This document shows positions 5,971-15,155 of a stretch of DNA of 42,951 bases, piece after piece. Position numbers and translations under genes: made by a program. The notes beneath the pieces were generated by a model. That model was given only the letters and a program-made list of their open reading frames with translations, was not told the DNA's origin and ran no database searches. The stretch is from a virus: positions 1-42,951 of the IMG/VR virus record IMGVR_UViG_3300045988_076193. One strand, given 5' to 3'. Positions within the stretch are counted from its first letter, which is position 1, and each line of letters begins with the position of its first letter.

Positions 5971-6296
5971 TTTTCTTCCTCCAATTTCACGATTTCGCCG
6001 GTTTTCTCTACTTTCCATACACCTAGCACCCATGCAAGGGCGAAGGTGTCCTCATGTTCAAACGTCATCCATGGAGATAAAGAAACTACTGCGGCGTAGC
6101 TCATCGCTCCGGATAGAGAGAATTTTTTGTGTTTGAGTTTTACAATCACATCGCCTACAGCTTTCGGAATCACCGGCAGATCATCTGGCAGGGCGGCATC
6201 ATATTGCTTTAGGTATCGCTTATATATTTCATCATTAAGTCCGGCGCGTTCATCTGCAAATGTTTCGAAAACGTCCCGCTTCGTCTCATTGCTCAT
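5967..6296 (-). CDS. Hypothetical early protein (109 aa)
   Basis: ORF with a GAGGTGACTGACGATG initiation region. Confidence 0.65.
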   Translation of the reverse strand: MSNETKRDVFETFADERAGLNDEIYKRYLKQYDAALPDDLPVIPKAVGDVIVKLKHKKFSLSGAMSYAAVVSLSPWMTFEHEDTFALAWVLGVWKVEKTGEIVKLEEEK

Positions 6297-6576
6297 CGTC
6301 AGTCACCTCATGGTCATGAATTAATGGTGAAAATGCCATGGCACCATAATCTATTCCGCCTTCATGATAAATAGTCGGCTCAAGTTTCCCAGATTCACCT
6401 AAAGTAAGCATGATCTTTGGCTTCATGGCCTTTAGAATAAGGCCACGATCGTTTTCACTGATAGGGACGTCTGGAGAGTTAGCAAGCCTGATGAAGCCGT
6501 CATGTTCATTAATCATCCACAATCGTTCAATAAAATCAGTGTTTACATAGTCACCGCTGTCTAGCTTAATCATCAT
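6286..6576 (-). CDS. Hypothetical early protein (96 aa)
   Basis: ORF with the same GAGGTGACTGACGATG initiation region. The start overlaps the upstream stop. Confidence 0.65.
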   Translation of the reverse strand: MMIKLDSGDYVNTDFIERLWMINEHDGFIRLANSPDVPISENDRGLILKAMKPKIMLTLGESGKLEPTIYHEGGIDYGAMAFSPLIHDHEVTDDEQ

Positions 6577-6742
6577 CGTCAGTCACCTCCAACTGTTCCT
6601 TGTTGTAATCGATGATGCGTTTATAGTTGTTGTTCGCCTGCCACGCGCAATCATACAGGCCACACAGATCAAGTTTGTTGATCGCATTGTTCGCGGCATC
6701 GATGGCCTTTTGCGCAGCGTCTATGTCGGCTTTATTCGTCAT
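6566..6742 (-). CDS. Hypothetical early protein (58 aa; alternative TTG start at 6790)
   Basis: An ATG at 6742 avoids a 59-nt overlap with the upstream gene. Helical, Ala-rich sequence. Confidence 0.5.
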   Translation of the reverse strand: MTNKADIDAAQKAIDAANNAINKLDLCGLYDCAWQANNNYKRIIDYNKEQLEVTDDDD

Positions 6743-7274
6743 CGCTATCACACCAGACTTTCTCGCAGTCGCCCAGTCCGTAGTGCTCAATCTCGGCGTC
6801 AGTGAACCATTTCTTGTCGGTAATGCCTTCTAGGTAGTAAGAGTCACCCGCGTTGCAATATTCATCGTCAACCTTATAGAAATAGCTATCGTCCGTATGT
6901 GGCACCTTGACGATGTACTTCTTCTCCTTTGCCACAGTGTAGCCGTTCTTGATCGCTTCAATCAATCTCTTGATGTCTTTTTTATATCTTGAAGTGAATA
7001 GATATTTAAATGGATCATAGACGTCCACATACGTATTCGCATTAAGCAACGATTCGATCGCTTGTGCCTCGTTCGGACTGACGGCCACCTTTTCAGGTTC
7101 CTCAACGAGCGTGACAACATGGCCACCGTGCTCATTAGCCACTTGTTCAGCCTGATACTTGCTAGGCGTTATAGGGGAATCTGAGATATCTAATGTCCAG
7201 AAACCGGAATTATCAAAAAAATCCCAGTATTTTCCTTCATCGTTCTTAACCGCGTGCAGTTTTTCTTCGCTCAT
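6732..7274 (-). CDS. Hypothetical early protein (180 aa, DUF1642-like by recollection)
   Basis: Long ORF. Its ATG overlaps the stop of the 41-aa ORF (ATGA). Confidence 0.7.
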   Translation of the reverse strand: MSEEKLHAVKNDEGKYWDFFDNSGFWTLDISDSPITPSKYQAEQVANEHGGHVVTLVEEPEKVAVSPNEAQAIESLLNANTYVDVYDPFKYLFTSRYKKDIKRLIEAIKNGYTVAKEKKYIVKVPHTDDSYFYKVDDEYCNAGDSYYLEGITDKKWFTDAEIEHYGLGDCEKVWCDSDDE

Positions 7275-7396
7275 TTTTCGTCCTCCTGTTTGATTGGCAC
7301 TAGCTTGTAATCCTCATCTTCGTACATGACGCCTACAACCTTGCCAGTCTCTTTGCTGATGTAGATGTCATCGAACGTTTCGTCTCCGGTTTTCAT
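7271..7396 (-). CDS. Small ORF (41 aa), translationally coupled on both sides
   Basis: Not in the track. It has ATGA overlaps with the dcm stop (7393..7396) and with the next start (7271..7274). Translation: MKTGDETFDDIYISKETGKVVGVMYEDEDYKLVPIKQEDEK. Confidence 0.5.
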   Translation of the reverse strand: MKTGDETFDDIYISKETGKVVGVMYEDEDYKLVPIKQEDEK

Positions 7397-8175
7397 TGAT
7401 CGGCCTCCTCAATTTGAACGATTGCTTTAAATATTGGCAGTATTTGCTGTGGTACTACCGCATTGCCTAATGCTTTAATTCTGTCCAACCCTTCGGAAAT
7501 CCCATCATCGTTTCTTGGAATTCTGCGGCTTGTACTGGCGAGTACTCGAGCACCTGAAGCAAGTATGTGTCGCGCATTGTTCCAGCGTGACGTTTGCCCT
7601 TCTTCGGCATTAGTCCACGGTGCAAGCTCCCAATCACGTCCGCTTTGTTTACCTTTTTCCACGCAAACCCGTCGCTTGCTGTCGGCGTGGGCAACAATGA
7701 ATGTTCTAAGCCTCTGATGTGGGGCGCCAACGGCCAAAGCTGGAAGTACAAATGACCGTGCTTGGTAACCCGCACTTTCCAAGTCAGAAAGCGTTCTGTC
7801 GAGTTCCATATTTGCGAAGTTAGCAACATTTTCTCCAACAACCCAAGTTGGCCAGATTTGCTTGATAATTCTAAACATTTCTGGCCAGAGGTCGCGGTCA
7901 TCTTCCGTGCCTTTTCGCTTCCCGGCAATACTGAAAGGCTGGCAAGGGAAGCCTCCGGAAACAATGTCAATTGAGTCAGGGCTGATTCCTGCATTTGTGA
8001 GTTCTTCTCGATCAAGTTTTGTCACGTCCTTAAAAAGTGGCACATCTGGCCAGTGCTTCTGTAAAATCATGCGTGGGTAGTCAGCGTACTCACACAAACC
8101 GGCAACTTCAATCCCAGCCATTTGTTCAGCCAATGCGATGCCACCAATTCCTGCAAATAACTCTAGTGCTCTCAT
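7393..8175 (-). CDS. dcm: DNA (cytosine-5) methyltransferase, short-TRD phage type
   Basis: Motifs I (ELFAGIGG), IV (GGFPCQPFS), VI (GENV), VIII (QRLRTF) and X (GNAVVP) occur in canonical order. No motif IX was recognised in this frame. Confidence 0.9.
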   Translation of the reverse strand: MRALELFAGIGGIALAEQMAGIEVAGLCEYADYPRMILQKHWPDVPLFKDVTKLDREELTNAGISPDSIDIVSGGFPCQPFSIAGKRKGTEDDRDLWPEMFRIIKQIWPTWVVGENVANFANMELDRTLSDLESAGYQARSFVLPALAVGAPHQRLRTFIVAHADSKRRVCVEKGKQSGRDWELAPWTNAEEGQTSRWNNARHILASGARVLASTSRRIPRNDDGISEGLDRIKALGNAVVPQQILPIFKAIVQIEEADQ

Positions 8176-8246
8176 TAATTGGCCTCCTAAAGCTGTTCTT
8201 CCGTGAATAGCCCTGTGTGATAGTCATATCTAGCAATCGTGAGTAG

Positions 8247-8432
8247 TCAGGTTTCGTCCTCTACTTTCTTGATAATCAGTGGTTCCGGAATATCGACTTT
8301 AATGTCATCACCACGGGTGTTGCGTGCCTTTTTGTGCTTGGACATGTTCTCGTTAATCCAGCGGATACACCTAGATTGATACTTGGCTCGGTAATACTCG
8401 GTTCCTGTGTTTAATCCTGCTACTACGTACAT
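8247..8432 (-). CDS. Hypothetical protein (61 aa)
   Basis: ATG at 8432 with a GGAGGAAAACAA SD region. Confidence 0.55.
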   Translation of the reverse strand: MYVVAGLNTGTEYYRAKYQSRCIRWINENMSKHKKARNTRGDDIKVDIPEPLIIKKVEDET

Positions 8433-8749
8433 TTGTTTTCCTCCAATAGCTTCACAGCATCGTCTGCCGATCTGCATACGCCGTAAATTACTTTTGTTCC
8501 TGATATAGCGGCCGCAAAACGTTTTTGATCTTCACGAAGTCTTCCTTTTTCGTTTTTGCATTCAACCAGTACAGCACGTCCGTCCGCTTTTCTTATCGCA
8601 GTAATATCAGGCCACCCAGGCGGTGGTCCTGCGTTGAAAAGTCTTCCGTCCACAGTTCTTACAGTTCCTACGTTCGTTCTAGCGACAATGCAACCGTGTT
8701 CCGATAGTGCCAGCATGATTTCTGATTGAATGGCATGCTCTGATTTCAT
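8423..8749 (-). CDS. VRR-NUC domain nuclease
   Basis: 108 aa with a PD-(D/E)xK pattern: WPDITAI..VLVECK. Confidence 0.8.
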   Translation of the reverse strand: MKSEHAIQSEIMLALSEHGCIVARTNVGTVRTVDGRLFNAGPPPGWPDITAIRKADGRAVLVECKNEKGRLREDQKRFAAAISGTKVIYGVCRSADDAVKLLEENKCT

Positions 8750-8771
8750 GTATGCTCCTTTAATGTCGGAC

Positions 8772-9005
8772 GTGACGGATGATGTGACGGATGATTAGAA
8801 TCCTCTACGCTTACTCTCACAACGCTTCTAGCCTATTTGTGACGGATGTGACGGATGAATCGAAAAAACGAGTTTACAGTATACTTTTTTATATTTATCT
8901 ATATATACTTTTTAACTATTCATCCGTCACAAGAAAGAAATATAGGCTAAAGCCTTACAGCCGTAAGGGTTGTCGATAAAATTCATCCGTCACACCATCC
9001 GTCAC
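8772..9005. repeat. Iteron-type replication origin
   Basis: There are seven copies of GTGACGGATG(A). Four are direct (8772, 8784, 8839, 8848). Three are inverted (8920..8930, 8983..8993, 8996..9005). They flank an AT-rich core at 8859..8919 and lie just downstream of the primase-helicase gene. Confidence 0.7.
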
Positions 9006-9012
9006 ACATCTT

Positions 9013-11313
9013 TCATATTTTTGCCCAATTTAAGCGCGGATCGATTTTTTCTTTAATTCCTAAATACATCCGCCCGTTTCGCTTTCTAACGTATTCGAAC
9101 TTCTTTTGCATTTCTGCACCAAACTTTTGTTTGCGCATCTTGTACTCACCCGATTTGTCGCACCAGTCAACATATGTTTGGTAAAGCTGACCAGCAGCGG
9201 CCTGATATCCAGGCCCTTTTTCACAGCAATCATTGATAAACAGTTCAAGAACATCCATTTCTGTTCGGTACTCATTGCTTGCATCTTTCACACTCTGCGG
9301 CGGCTCTAATCCTTCGCGCTGCCACTTAAGTGCTCCATCAACTGCCCAATTTAGAATCCCGATTGATTCACGTTCAAGCTTGTATGTCAGCCTTTTGTCT
9401 ACCTGATCTACTGGCACTTGATGAGTAAATGGAATCAGCATCAATCTCCGCCAGATACCATCATCTGTTCCTCGAATAATGGGCTTGTGGTTAGTTGACA
9501 GCCAAAGCTTGAATTCTGGTTTGAATTCGAACTCTGATCCGTATAAAAAACGTGCGGTAACAGATTCTCCTCCGGTTAGTTCTTTGATAAGTCCTTCATC
9601 TAGTCGGACGCCTTCATTTGGTTCACTTGCAGATACCAGACGAGCTCCCTTTAGTCTTGCAATATCGCTGTTGGCACCCCCGCTAGACTGCTGAACCATA
9701 ATTGATTTAGCCTGCATCGTGCGTGAATAACTTCCAGCTATGTGCTTGAGAGTATCCATGAAAACAGATTTGCCATTTCGCCCTGATCCATAAAGGATAA
9801 ACATAACCTGCTCTTCAACTGATCCTGTTAATGAGTACCCGACCGCTTTTTGAATATAGTCAATTAATTCGTTGTCTCCATTGAAAGTCTGATTCAAAAA
9901 GGCTTGCCATTCAGGACACTCAACAGTGTCTGAATATTCAACGTTTGATTTCTTCGAGAACATTTTATTGATGTCATGCTCGTGAAGGGTCCCATCAGAT
10001 AAATCAATATATCCGTTGTCAACATTCATTAAGGTCTGATCAGCATCAAATTCATCAGTTGTCACCGGTAGACGATGTTGAATCTCATCTTCAAGCGCTC
10101 TTTTAGCACGATTTCCACGACTGGTTTTGCAAAACTTTGCCCATTCCTTCTCGGCTTTTTCCGGATCAACATCAGGAGGAGTTTTTGGCTTTTCATTTTT
10201 CAAGTCAGCAACTACTTGGTCAATCATGGTTCGCAATAAGCCACGCTTATCAAGTTCCCAGAAGCTACCATTGTAGATATACCAATCCTTATCGATATAG
10301 CTGTACCTCGCGACATCACCATATCGATCAACAAACCTATCTGCATTGCCTGTGTCATCCCACGAACGAGGAGGAAACGCTTTTGGCTTTCCAGTGTCAG
10401 TAATAAATCCAAGCTTATATTTAGGCTTTTCATGTTTCGGCTGATAAGTATCACGCACATCATTAATGGCTCGGTTGAGCGTTGAAACGCCGTAGGTTGT
10501 TTTGCCGTGCTTCTCGTCCCACTTTGGTCTCATTAACGATGACTGGCGGAATATACTGTCCATCCGGGTGAAATCTCTGCCTGTCCAAAATGCCAGGTCA
10601 TTTGCAAATGCCAGATCAGCCTCCGATTGAGATGGATATAATGGTTCCCAGCCTCCGTTGAGCAGTTTCTTAATTCGATCACCACTTTTAGATTTCAGCA
10701 TTTTAATGATGATCTCATCTTCAGAAAGATTATTAGGTGCTAAATTGTACCTGCTGGGCAAATCGATGACGGTTTTTGGCTCCAAATACTTTGTATATAT
10801 CCGCTTGAATTCCTCTTTTGTTGGAGAATTGATTGAATGAAACTTGCCAATCTCATCTCCCGTCATTGCAAAGAACCGCCCGCTTTGATACATCTCAACA
10901 TTAGCTTTTCTTCGGCGTGTACCGGGTATTTCGCCTTTGACAATGATATGAATACCAGTACCAGACATTGACCTTTCGGTATATGACCTGAAAGTATTCA
11001 TGAACTCCCATGCGACATTGTCGTCAGTTTGTCCCTCTTCTAGTCTCTCCAAATCATCGCCAATATGATCAACGTCAATTCCTACATATCCGTTTGCAAA
11101 GAAAAATCCAAGTCCGTCAAGGTCATAAGCCTGTAATGCTGTGATTGCTTCTTCAAAAGTTACCCACTGTTTCGAGTCCGTTGAGCTTGTTTTTGTGCCA
11201 GTTAAGGCAGAATAAGGAATCTTAGTATATTTATTTTTCTCTGGTTGCCAGATTCGGTGAAAGCAGCCCCATTGTTTTAGGGACCGTAGTTCTGCTGGAA
11301 TGCGTTCATACAT
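9013..11313 (-). CDS. Bifunctional prim-pol / D5-P4-type primase-helicase
   Basis: 766 aa. N-terminal prim-pol-like region and a C-terminal SF3 helicase with Walker A GSGRNGKS. AGGAGGA SD. Confidence 0.9.
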   Translation of the reverse strand: MYERIPAELRSLKQWGCFHRIWQPEKNKYTKIPYSALTGTKTSSTDSKQWVTFEEAITALQAYDLDGLGFFFANGYVGIDVDHIGDDLERLEEGQTDDNVAWEFMNTFRSYTERSMSGTGIHIIVKGEIPGTRRRKANVEMYQSGRFFAMTGDEIGKFHSINSPTKEEFKRIYTKYLEPKTVIDLPSRYNLAPNNLSEDEIIIKMLKSKSGDRIKKLLNGGWEPLYPSQSEADLAFANDLAFWTGRDFTRMDSIFRQSSLMRPKWDEKHGKTTYGVSTLNRAINDVRDTYQPKHEKPKYKLGFITDTGKPKAFPPRSWDDTGNADRFVDRYGDVARYSYIDKDWYIYNGSFWELDKRGLLRTMIDQVVADLKNEKPKTPPDVDPEKAEKEWAKFCKTSRGNRAKRALEDEIQHRLPVTTDEFDADQTLMNVDNGYIDLSDGTLHEHDINKMFSKKSNVEYSDTVECPEWQAFLNQTFNGDNELIDYIQKAVGYSLTGSVEEQVMFILYGSGRNGKSVFMDTLKHIAGSYSRTMQAKSIMVQQSSGGANSDIARLKGARLVSASEPNEGVRLDEGLIKELTGGESVTARFLYGSEFEFKPEFKLWLSTNHKPIIRGTDDGIWRRLMLIPFTHQVPVDQVDKRLTYKLERESIGILNWAVDGALKWQREGLEPPQSVKDASNEYRTEMDVLELFINDCCEKGPGYQAAAGQLYQTYVDWCDKSGEYKMRKQKFGAEMQKKFEYVRKRNGRMYLGIKEKIDPRLNWAKI

Positions 11314-11324
11314 TCTTAATCCTC

Positions 11325-11843
11325 CTAGAATGGCAAGTCGGAATCGTCAACCGGTTCATGAGGCTGACTTGGTTGAGAATCATCCTTAAATTTGTGAGCA
11401 ACTTGTGGATACTTGCTAGCATGAACACTCCACGGGGCCACTGTGTTCCGATCACCATATTCAGGGTTTTTCTCAACTTTGACATAAACTCGTACAGGCT
11501 TGTGATAAATAGCCTTGCAGAAATCATCGACGCTATTTAATGGAGTGCCTTCAGGGATCTTTGTCGCTTCCAATACATACTGGAGACCGTCCATATCGTA
11601 TTGGTTCGTAGCTTTGCGCTTCCAGTTATCGAAAAAGACAACTCGGTTATGATACTTTCCATTAGTTTTTGGCTCTGCTGCATCAAGATCATTGCGAACC
11701 GTGAGACGTAGCTGTAGTGATTCCGATCCCCTCTTGGTTGCAATTTCACCGGCTTGCGTAATGACCATTTCATATTCACCCTCTGGAAGTGGTGAAAAAT
11801 CGTTTTCCTGATTCTTGCTATAATCTGCGGTAATGAATGACAT
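11325..11843 (-). CDS. DUF669-like single-strand DNA-binding protein
   Basis: 172 aa. The C-terminal acidic tip DDSDLPF resembles the SSB tail motif. It sits in a Sak4-type recombination module. Confidence 0.7.
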   Translation of the reverse strand: MSFITADYSKNQENDFSPLPEGEYEMVITQAGEIATKRGSESLQLRLTVRNDLDAAEPKTNGKYHNRVVFFDNWKRKATNQYDMDGLQYVLEATKIPEGTPLNSVDDFCKAIYHKPVRVYVKVEKNPEYGDRNTVAPWSVHASKYPQVAHKFKDDSQPSQPHEPVDDSDLPF

Positions 11844-11844
11844 A

Positions 11845-12228
11845 TTAGTTTCCCCCTAAATATTTATGTTCGGCAGCTTTACGGGCTGCGATGGCTTCGT
11901 CTTTGGTATTGAATGTTCCAAGCCAAATCCTTTTTTTATTAATTTTGATGTAAGCGCCCCATTTTCCGGTGCGAAGCCTTGAAACTCCGGGGTATCCAGA
12001 AGTGTTGTTACTTTGTAAATATTTACGTTGCACAGCATTAAGCTTGTTTCCTGATCCAATTCCAGTTGTGCTCCCACTGCGTAGTGCTTCGTACCAGTAA
12101 ACTTTTAAATCTCCTGTACGGTTATTCCTAGCAAGAACACGTTGACTCTTCCCACGCACTTCGGCGTAACCCAAGACTTCAATATTTCCGAATGTTTCAC
12201 CGGTATGATCAATCGCTGGTCTACCCAT
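11845..12228 (-). CDS. AP2-domain DNA-binding protein (homing-endonuclease-associated type)
   Basis: SGYPGVSRLRTGKWGAYIKINKKRIWLGTFNTKDEAIAARKAAE is an AP2/ERF-like fold signature. Confidence 0.75.
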   Translation of the reverse strand: MGRPAIDHTGETFGNIEVLGYAEVRGKSQRVLARNNRTGDLKVYWYEALRSGSTTGIGSGNKLNAVQRKYLQSNNTSGYPGVSRLRTGKWGAYIKINKKRIWLGTFNTKDEAIAARKAAEHKYLGGN

Positions 12229-13605
12229 CTATGCTCGCTTCCTTTCCTTTAGCCATCCCCTAGCCACAATCTGGTGGTAAGCCCATCCGGGTTTATAGCC
12301 ACGTGCTTTTGCAATTGCGTACATGTCTTCAGGTGACTCGGCATCTTCGGCTTTCATTTGTCCATATTTGGTTTTTGAATAGTCCGCAACTATTTTGAAT
12401 ACTTTCTTGTCTACCTTTTTTAATTTTGCCGTAGGATCAACTTCAAGATCAGCACCGTCTGCTCTGAATGAATATCCACAAAGTGGGCATTGCTTAACCT
12501 GTGCAGGAACGATTCCGTAACATTTTGGACAGCTCTTGATCGCAGGTCCGTCTGATTTACCCCTGCGTTTTTCCTGCTTAGGTCGATCTTTAAGCGACCA
12601 TTCACGGTCAGCATCAGGAAGACCAAAGCGATAAACGTTCGCAACGTGATCAATAATGATTGCCCTTTTGTTCGGCCTATAGCGCATTCCTCGCATCGAT
12701 TGCTGAATGTCAAGAACAAGAGAAGCAGTTGGCCTCAGCATGATGACAACGCCACATTCGGGAACATCAAACCCTTCTGAGATGAGATCGACGTTTGATA
12801 TGATTCTAATTTTTCCATCTTTAAAGGCTGTCATTGCTTCATCACGATTCAAAGCAGGCGTTTTGCTGTCAACATGAATGGCAGATATACCGGCAGCATT
12901 GAACGTTGCCGCAACTCGCTTGCTTTCTTCGATACTGTGGGCATAGATAATAGCCTGGCGTCCATTGGCCAAATTCTGGTAGTGACTAACAACATCACCA
13001 AAAATCATCTTTGTATTGGCCTCATCAATCGACTTTGTGGAATAATCACCAGTTGATGATTTCTTTAGCTTTTCAACGTCAATTAATGTTGGCGCATAGT
13101 AGTCAAAAGGCGCTAAGTAGTGATGTTCAATTAGCCATTTAACTGTTGGCCCCTCAACCATGGTTTCATAAACATCCCCCAGTCCCTTTCCTGAAAGTCT
13201 CCATGGGCTTGCTGAAAAACCTAAGCGTGGAACGTCTTTATAAAACCCATAAATTTTTAGGTAAGTCTTTGCCAAACTGTGATGTGTTTCATCAGTGATG
13301 ATTAGAGTCGGTTTTGGCAATTTTCCTAAGCGTCTAGCAATTCTGCCAACAGTCATGATGGTGCATTTGTTCAAATCAACTCCGTTTGCAATAAAAGTCT
13401 TCGTGATTTGATCAATAAGTTCTTTTCTGTGAACGGTGAACATAACGTGCCCGCCCTTCATGACTGCCAACCTAGCTATTTCAGCGATGATAACTGATTT
13501 ACCAGATCCCGCTGGGCTGACTAGCAGTACAGACTTGTGACCGTCAGCCAGCTTTTCTCTTGCTTGATTAACTAGCTTCTTCTGGTAAGGATGAAGCTGA
13601 AACAT
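12229..13605 (-). CDS. SF2 DEAD/DEAH-box helicase with C-terminal zinc ribbon
   Basis: Walker A SPAGSGKS, DETH box, and CPKC..CPLC. ATG at 13605 is preceded by GGAGGTGA. Confidence 0.9.
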   Translation of the reverse strand: MFQLHPYQKKLVNQAREKLADGHKSVLLVSPAGSGKSVIIAEIARLAVMKGGHVMFTVHRKELIDQITKTFIANGVDLNKCTIMTVGRIARRLGKLPKPTLIITDETHHSLAKTYLKIYGFYKDVPRLGFSASPWRLSGKGLGDVYETMVEGPTVKWLIEHHYLAPFDYYAPTLIDVEKLKKSSTGDYSTKSIDEANTKMIFGDVVSHYQNLANGRQAIIYAHSIEESKRVAATFNAAGISAIHVDSKTPALNRDEAMTAFKDGKIRIISNVDLISEGFDVPECGVVIMLRPTASLVLDIQQSMRGMRYRPNKRAIIIDHVANVYRFGLPDADREWSLKDRPKQEKRRGKSDGPAIKSCPKCYGIVPAQVKQCPLCGYSFRADGADLEVDPTAKLKKVDKKVFKIVADYSKTKYGQMKAEDAESPEDMYAIAKARGYKPGWAYHQIVARGWLKERKRA

Positions 13606-14290
13606 CACTGTCACCTCCAAACTTAAAGAGGTCCTCAATGGCGCACGCAGTTCGATCATCCAAACGATTTTTTGCAAATATTGCATCTGAACCTGCAAGA
13701 ATAACTCCTCGGTGGCTTGTCTTTGTGCTGATGACTACGCGTCCTACAACGTCTGTTAGGCCTAATAACCCGTCACGTACGCTGTCGCGAATTGCTGGTG
13801 CATACTGGCTGAACGATTGTCCAGTTTCGCTTGTAATGTCTCGTGTGTTCTCCCAAGCGGTTACTAGCACGTTAACTGGTGCGTCCATGAAGATCATGGT
13901 CATGATACGGGCAAAGTAATTTGTCCATCTTGAGTAATCCTGAAGCTCGTTGCCAATGCCGTTTTTACTGTGCCTGCCCATCTCGACAAACCAGTCTTTT
14001 TCGAACGCTGATACGTTGTCGATCACCAGATTGTCATATCCGGAAACACGTTCAGCCAGATTTTTCAGAAATTCTTTCCATTCTTCGCTTGGCTTACTTC
14101 GGTCAAATGGTTGCACATCGATGTTCGGTGCACCAGATAGCACTTTTGAACTGTCATCCAGATCTAGCACGAGTGTTTTGCCATTAAGATTGCGGATAGC
14201 TGACGTCTTACCGACACCAGGCTTTCCATAAATCAAAACTCGCCAGTTCTTTGTTCGATCAATTGAAGATGCATGTTTAATTGGTTGCAT
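13568..14290 (-). CDS. Sak4-like RecA-fold ATPase (AAA_24 type)
   Basis: Walker A GKPGVGKTS. Size and position next to Gp157 and the helicase fit the family. Confidence 0.8.
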   Translation of the reverse strand: MQPIKHASSIDRTKNWRVLIYGKPGVGKTSAIRNLNGKTLVLDLDDSSKVLSGAPNIDVQPFDRSKPSEEWKEFLKNLAERVSGYDNLVIDNVSAFEKDWFVEMGRHSKNGIGNELQDYSRWTNYFARIMTMIFMDAPVNVLVTAWENTRDITSETGQSFSQYAPAIRDSVRDGLLGLTDVVGRVVISTKTSHRGVILAGSDAIFAKNRLDDRTACAIEDLFKFGGDSDVSASSLPEEAS

Positions 14291-14776
14291 CTACCGCACC
14301 CCCAGTCCAATGTTCTCAACCAGTCGCGCATTTGGTACCTCACGGCCAGCTTGTAATGCTTTCTTCAAGTCGGCTTTGTTGACCGTCAACGTGGTCTTAA
14401 TGAACTCTGGTGGCAACTTATTCGGGTCTTCTGGTGCTTCCACGCTCACTGTTCTGCGAGTGTAAATACTGAACAGTGGTGTATGAATGTGTTCACGACC
14501 AGTTTCAACCATCGCTTGCGCCAATCGTGATTTGATTGTCGCAGCATTTTTCTTGGCACTTGTCTTTCGTTCTTGCAAACGCCTGATTTCAGCATCGATT
14601 TCTTTGACGTCTGCTTCGATTGATTTATAGACTTTGACATAGCCAACCGCCTTATCATCAAAGTCGCCCTCAACCATTTCCATCGTGTCAGCAATAGCTT
14701 TTGGATCAGCCTTGCCACTTTCTGCCAGTCGTTGCAAACTGGTCAATTTGTCTGTTAAGTCGTATAATACTGACAT
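14291..14776 (-). CDS. Siphovirus Gp157-family protein
   Basis: 161 aa coiled-coil protein with a family-typical sequence and position. Confidence 0.7.
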   Translation of the reverse strand: MSVLYDLTDKLTSLQRLAESGKADPKAIADTMEMVEGDFDDKAVGYVKVYKSIEADVKEIDAEIRRLQERKTSAKKNAATIKSRLAQAMVETGREHIHTPLFSIYTRRTVSVEAPEDPNKLPPEFIKTTLTVNKADLKKALQAGREVPNARLVENIGLGVR

Positions 14777-14794
14777 ATAATATTTTCCTTTCTA

Positions 14795-14998
14795 TCAGTC
14801 GTTGGTCTGGACGCCAGCGGCTTTTTTCATAGCTTGTTTGATAATAAATAGGATCGCATGTGCGCCATCTTCTTGACCCATCGCATACGTTCGATGAGGG
14901 TCTGTATTGTTCGTCCCATAGTCGGTAGCAACCTTGTGATATGCCGCGATCTGGCGGTTCGCTTCGGCTAGAATTCGTTTGTATTCCTCATTGTTCAT
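14795..14998 (-). CDS. Hypothetical protein (67 aa)
   Basis: ATG at 14998 with an AAGGGGA SD at 7 nt. Confidence 0.55.
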   Translation of the reverse strand: MNNEEYKRILAEANRQIAAYHKVATDYGTNNTDPHRTYAMGQEDGAHAILFIIKQAMKKAAGVQTND

Positions 14999-15002
14999 CA
15001 CG

Positions 15003-15155
15003 TCATCCCCTTAGTTTTGCTAGTCGTGCACGTAGCTTCTCGTTCTCGGCAAGTAGCATCTTTGCAATTGGTGTGTGGTTGCCGCGCATGATGTCTAACA
15101 TCAATTTATTGTGTTCGTTCAGCAAATCACCAATGGTTCTTTCCGCTTCAGTCAA
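15003..15155 (-). CDS. Small ORF (50 aa, TTG start)
   Basis: Not in the track. GGAGG lies 7 nt upstream of TTG. The product is helical (TEAERTIGDLLNEHNKLMLDIMRG..). Confidence 0.4.
   Translation of the reverse strand: MTEAERTIGDLLNEHNKLMLDIMRGNHTPIAKMLLAENEKLRARLAKLRG

Noticed and set aside
6294-6589. Exact 16-nt repeat CATCGTCAGTCACCTC at 6294..6309 and 6574..6589
   Set aside because: On the coding strand it is the SD-start junction GAGGTGACTGACGATG of two adjacent small genes. Conserved translation-initiation and coupling sequence explains it, possibly after a local duplication.
7467-7500. A simple -1 slip from the nested dcm frame back into the GNAVVP frame at TTAAAG
   Set aside because: There is no X_XXY_YYZ-type slippery heptamer, and the resulting motif IX-to-X spacing of about 9 aa would be unusually short. 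It is kept only as one alternative within the dual-frame finding.
8772-9005. Possibility that the GTGACGGATG repeats form a CRISPR array
   Set aside because: The repeats are only 10-11 bp, occur in both orientations and are partly abutting, with no regular spacer structure. They fit an iteron origin instead.
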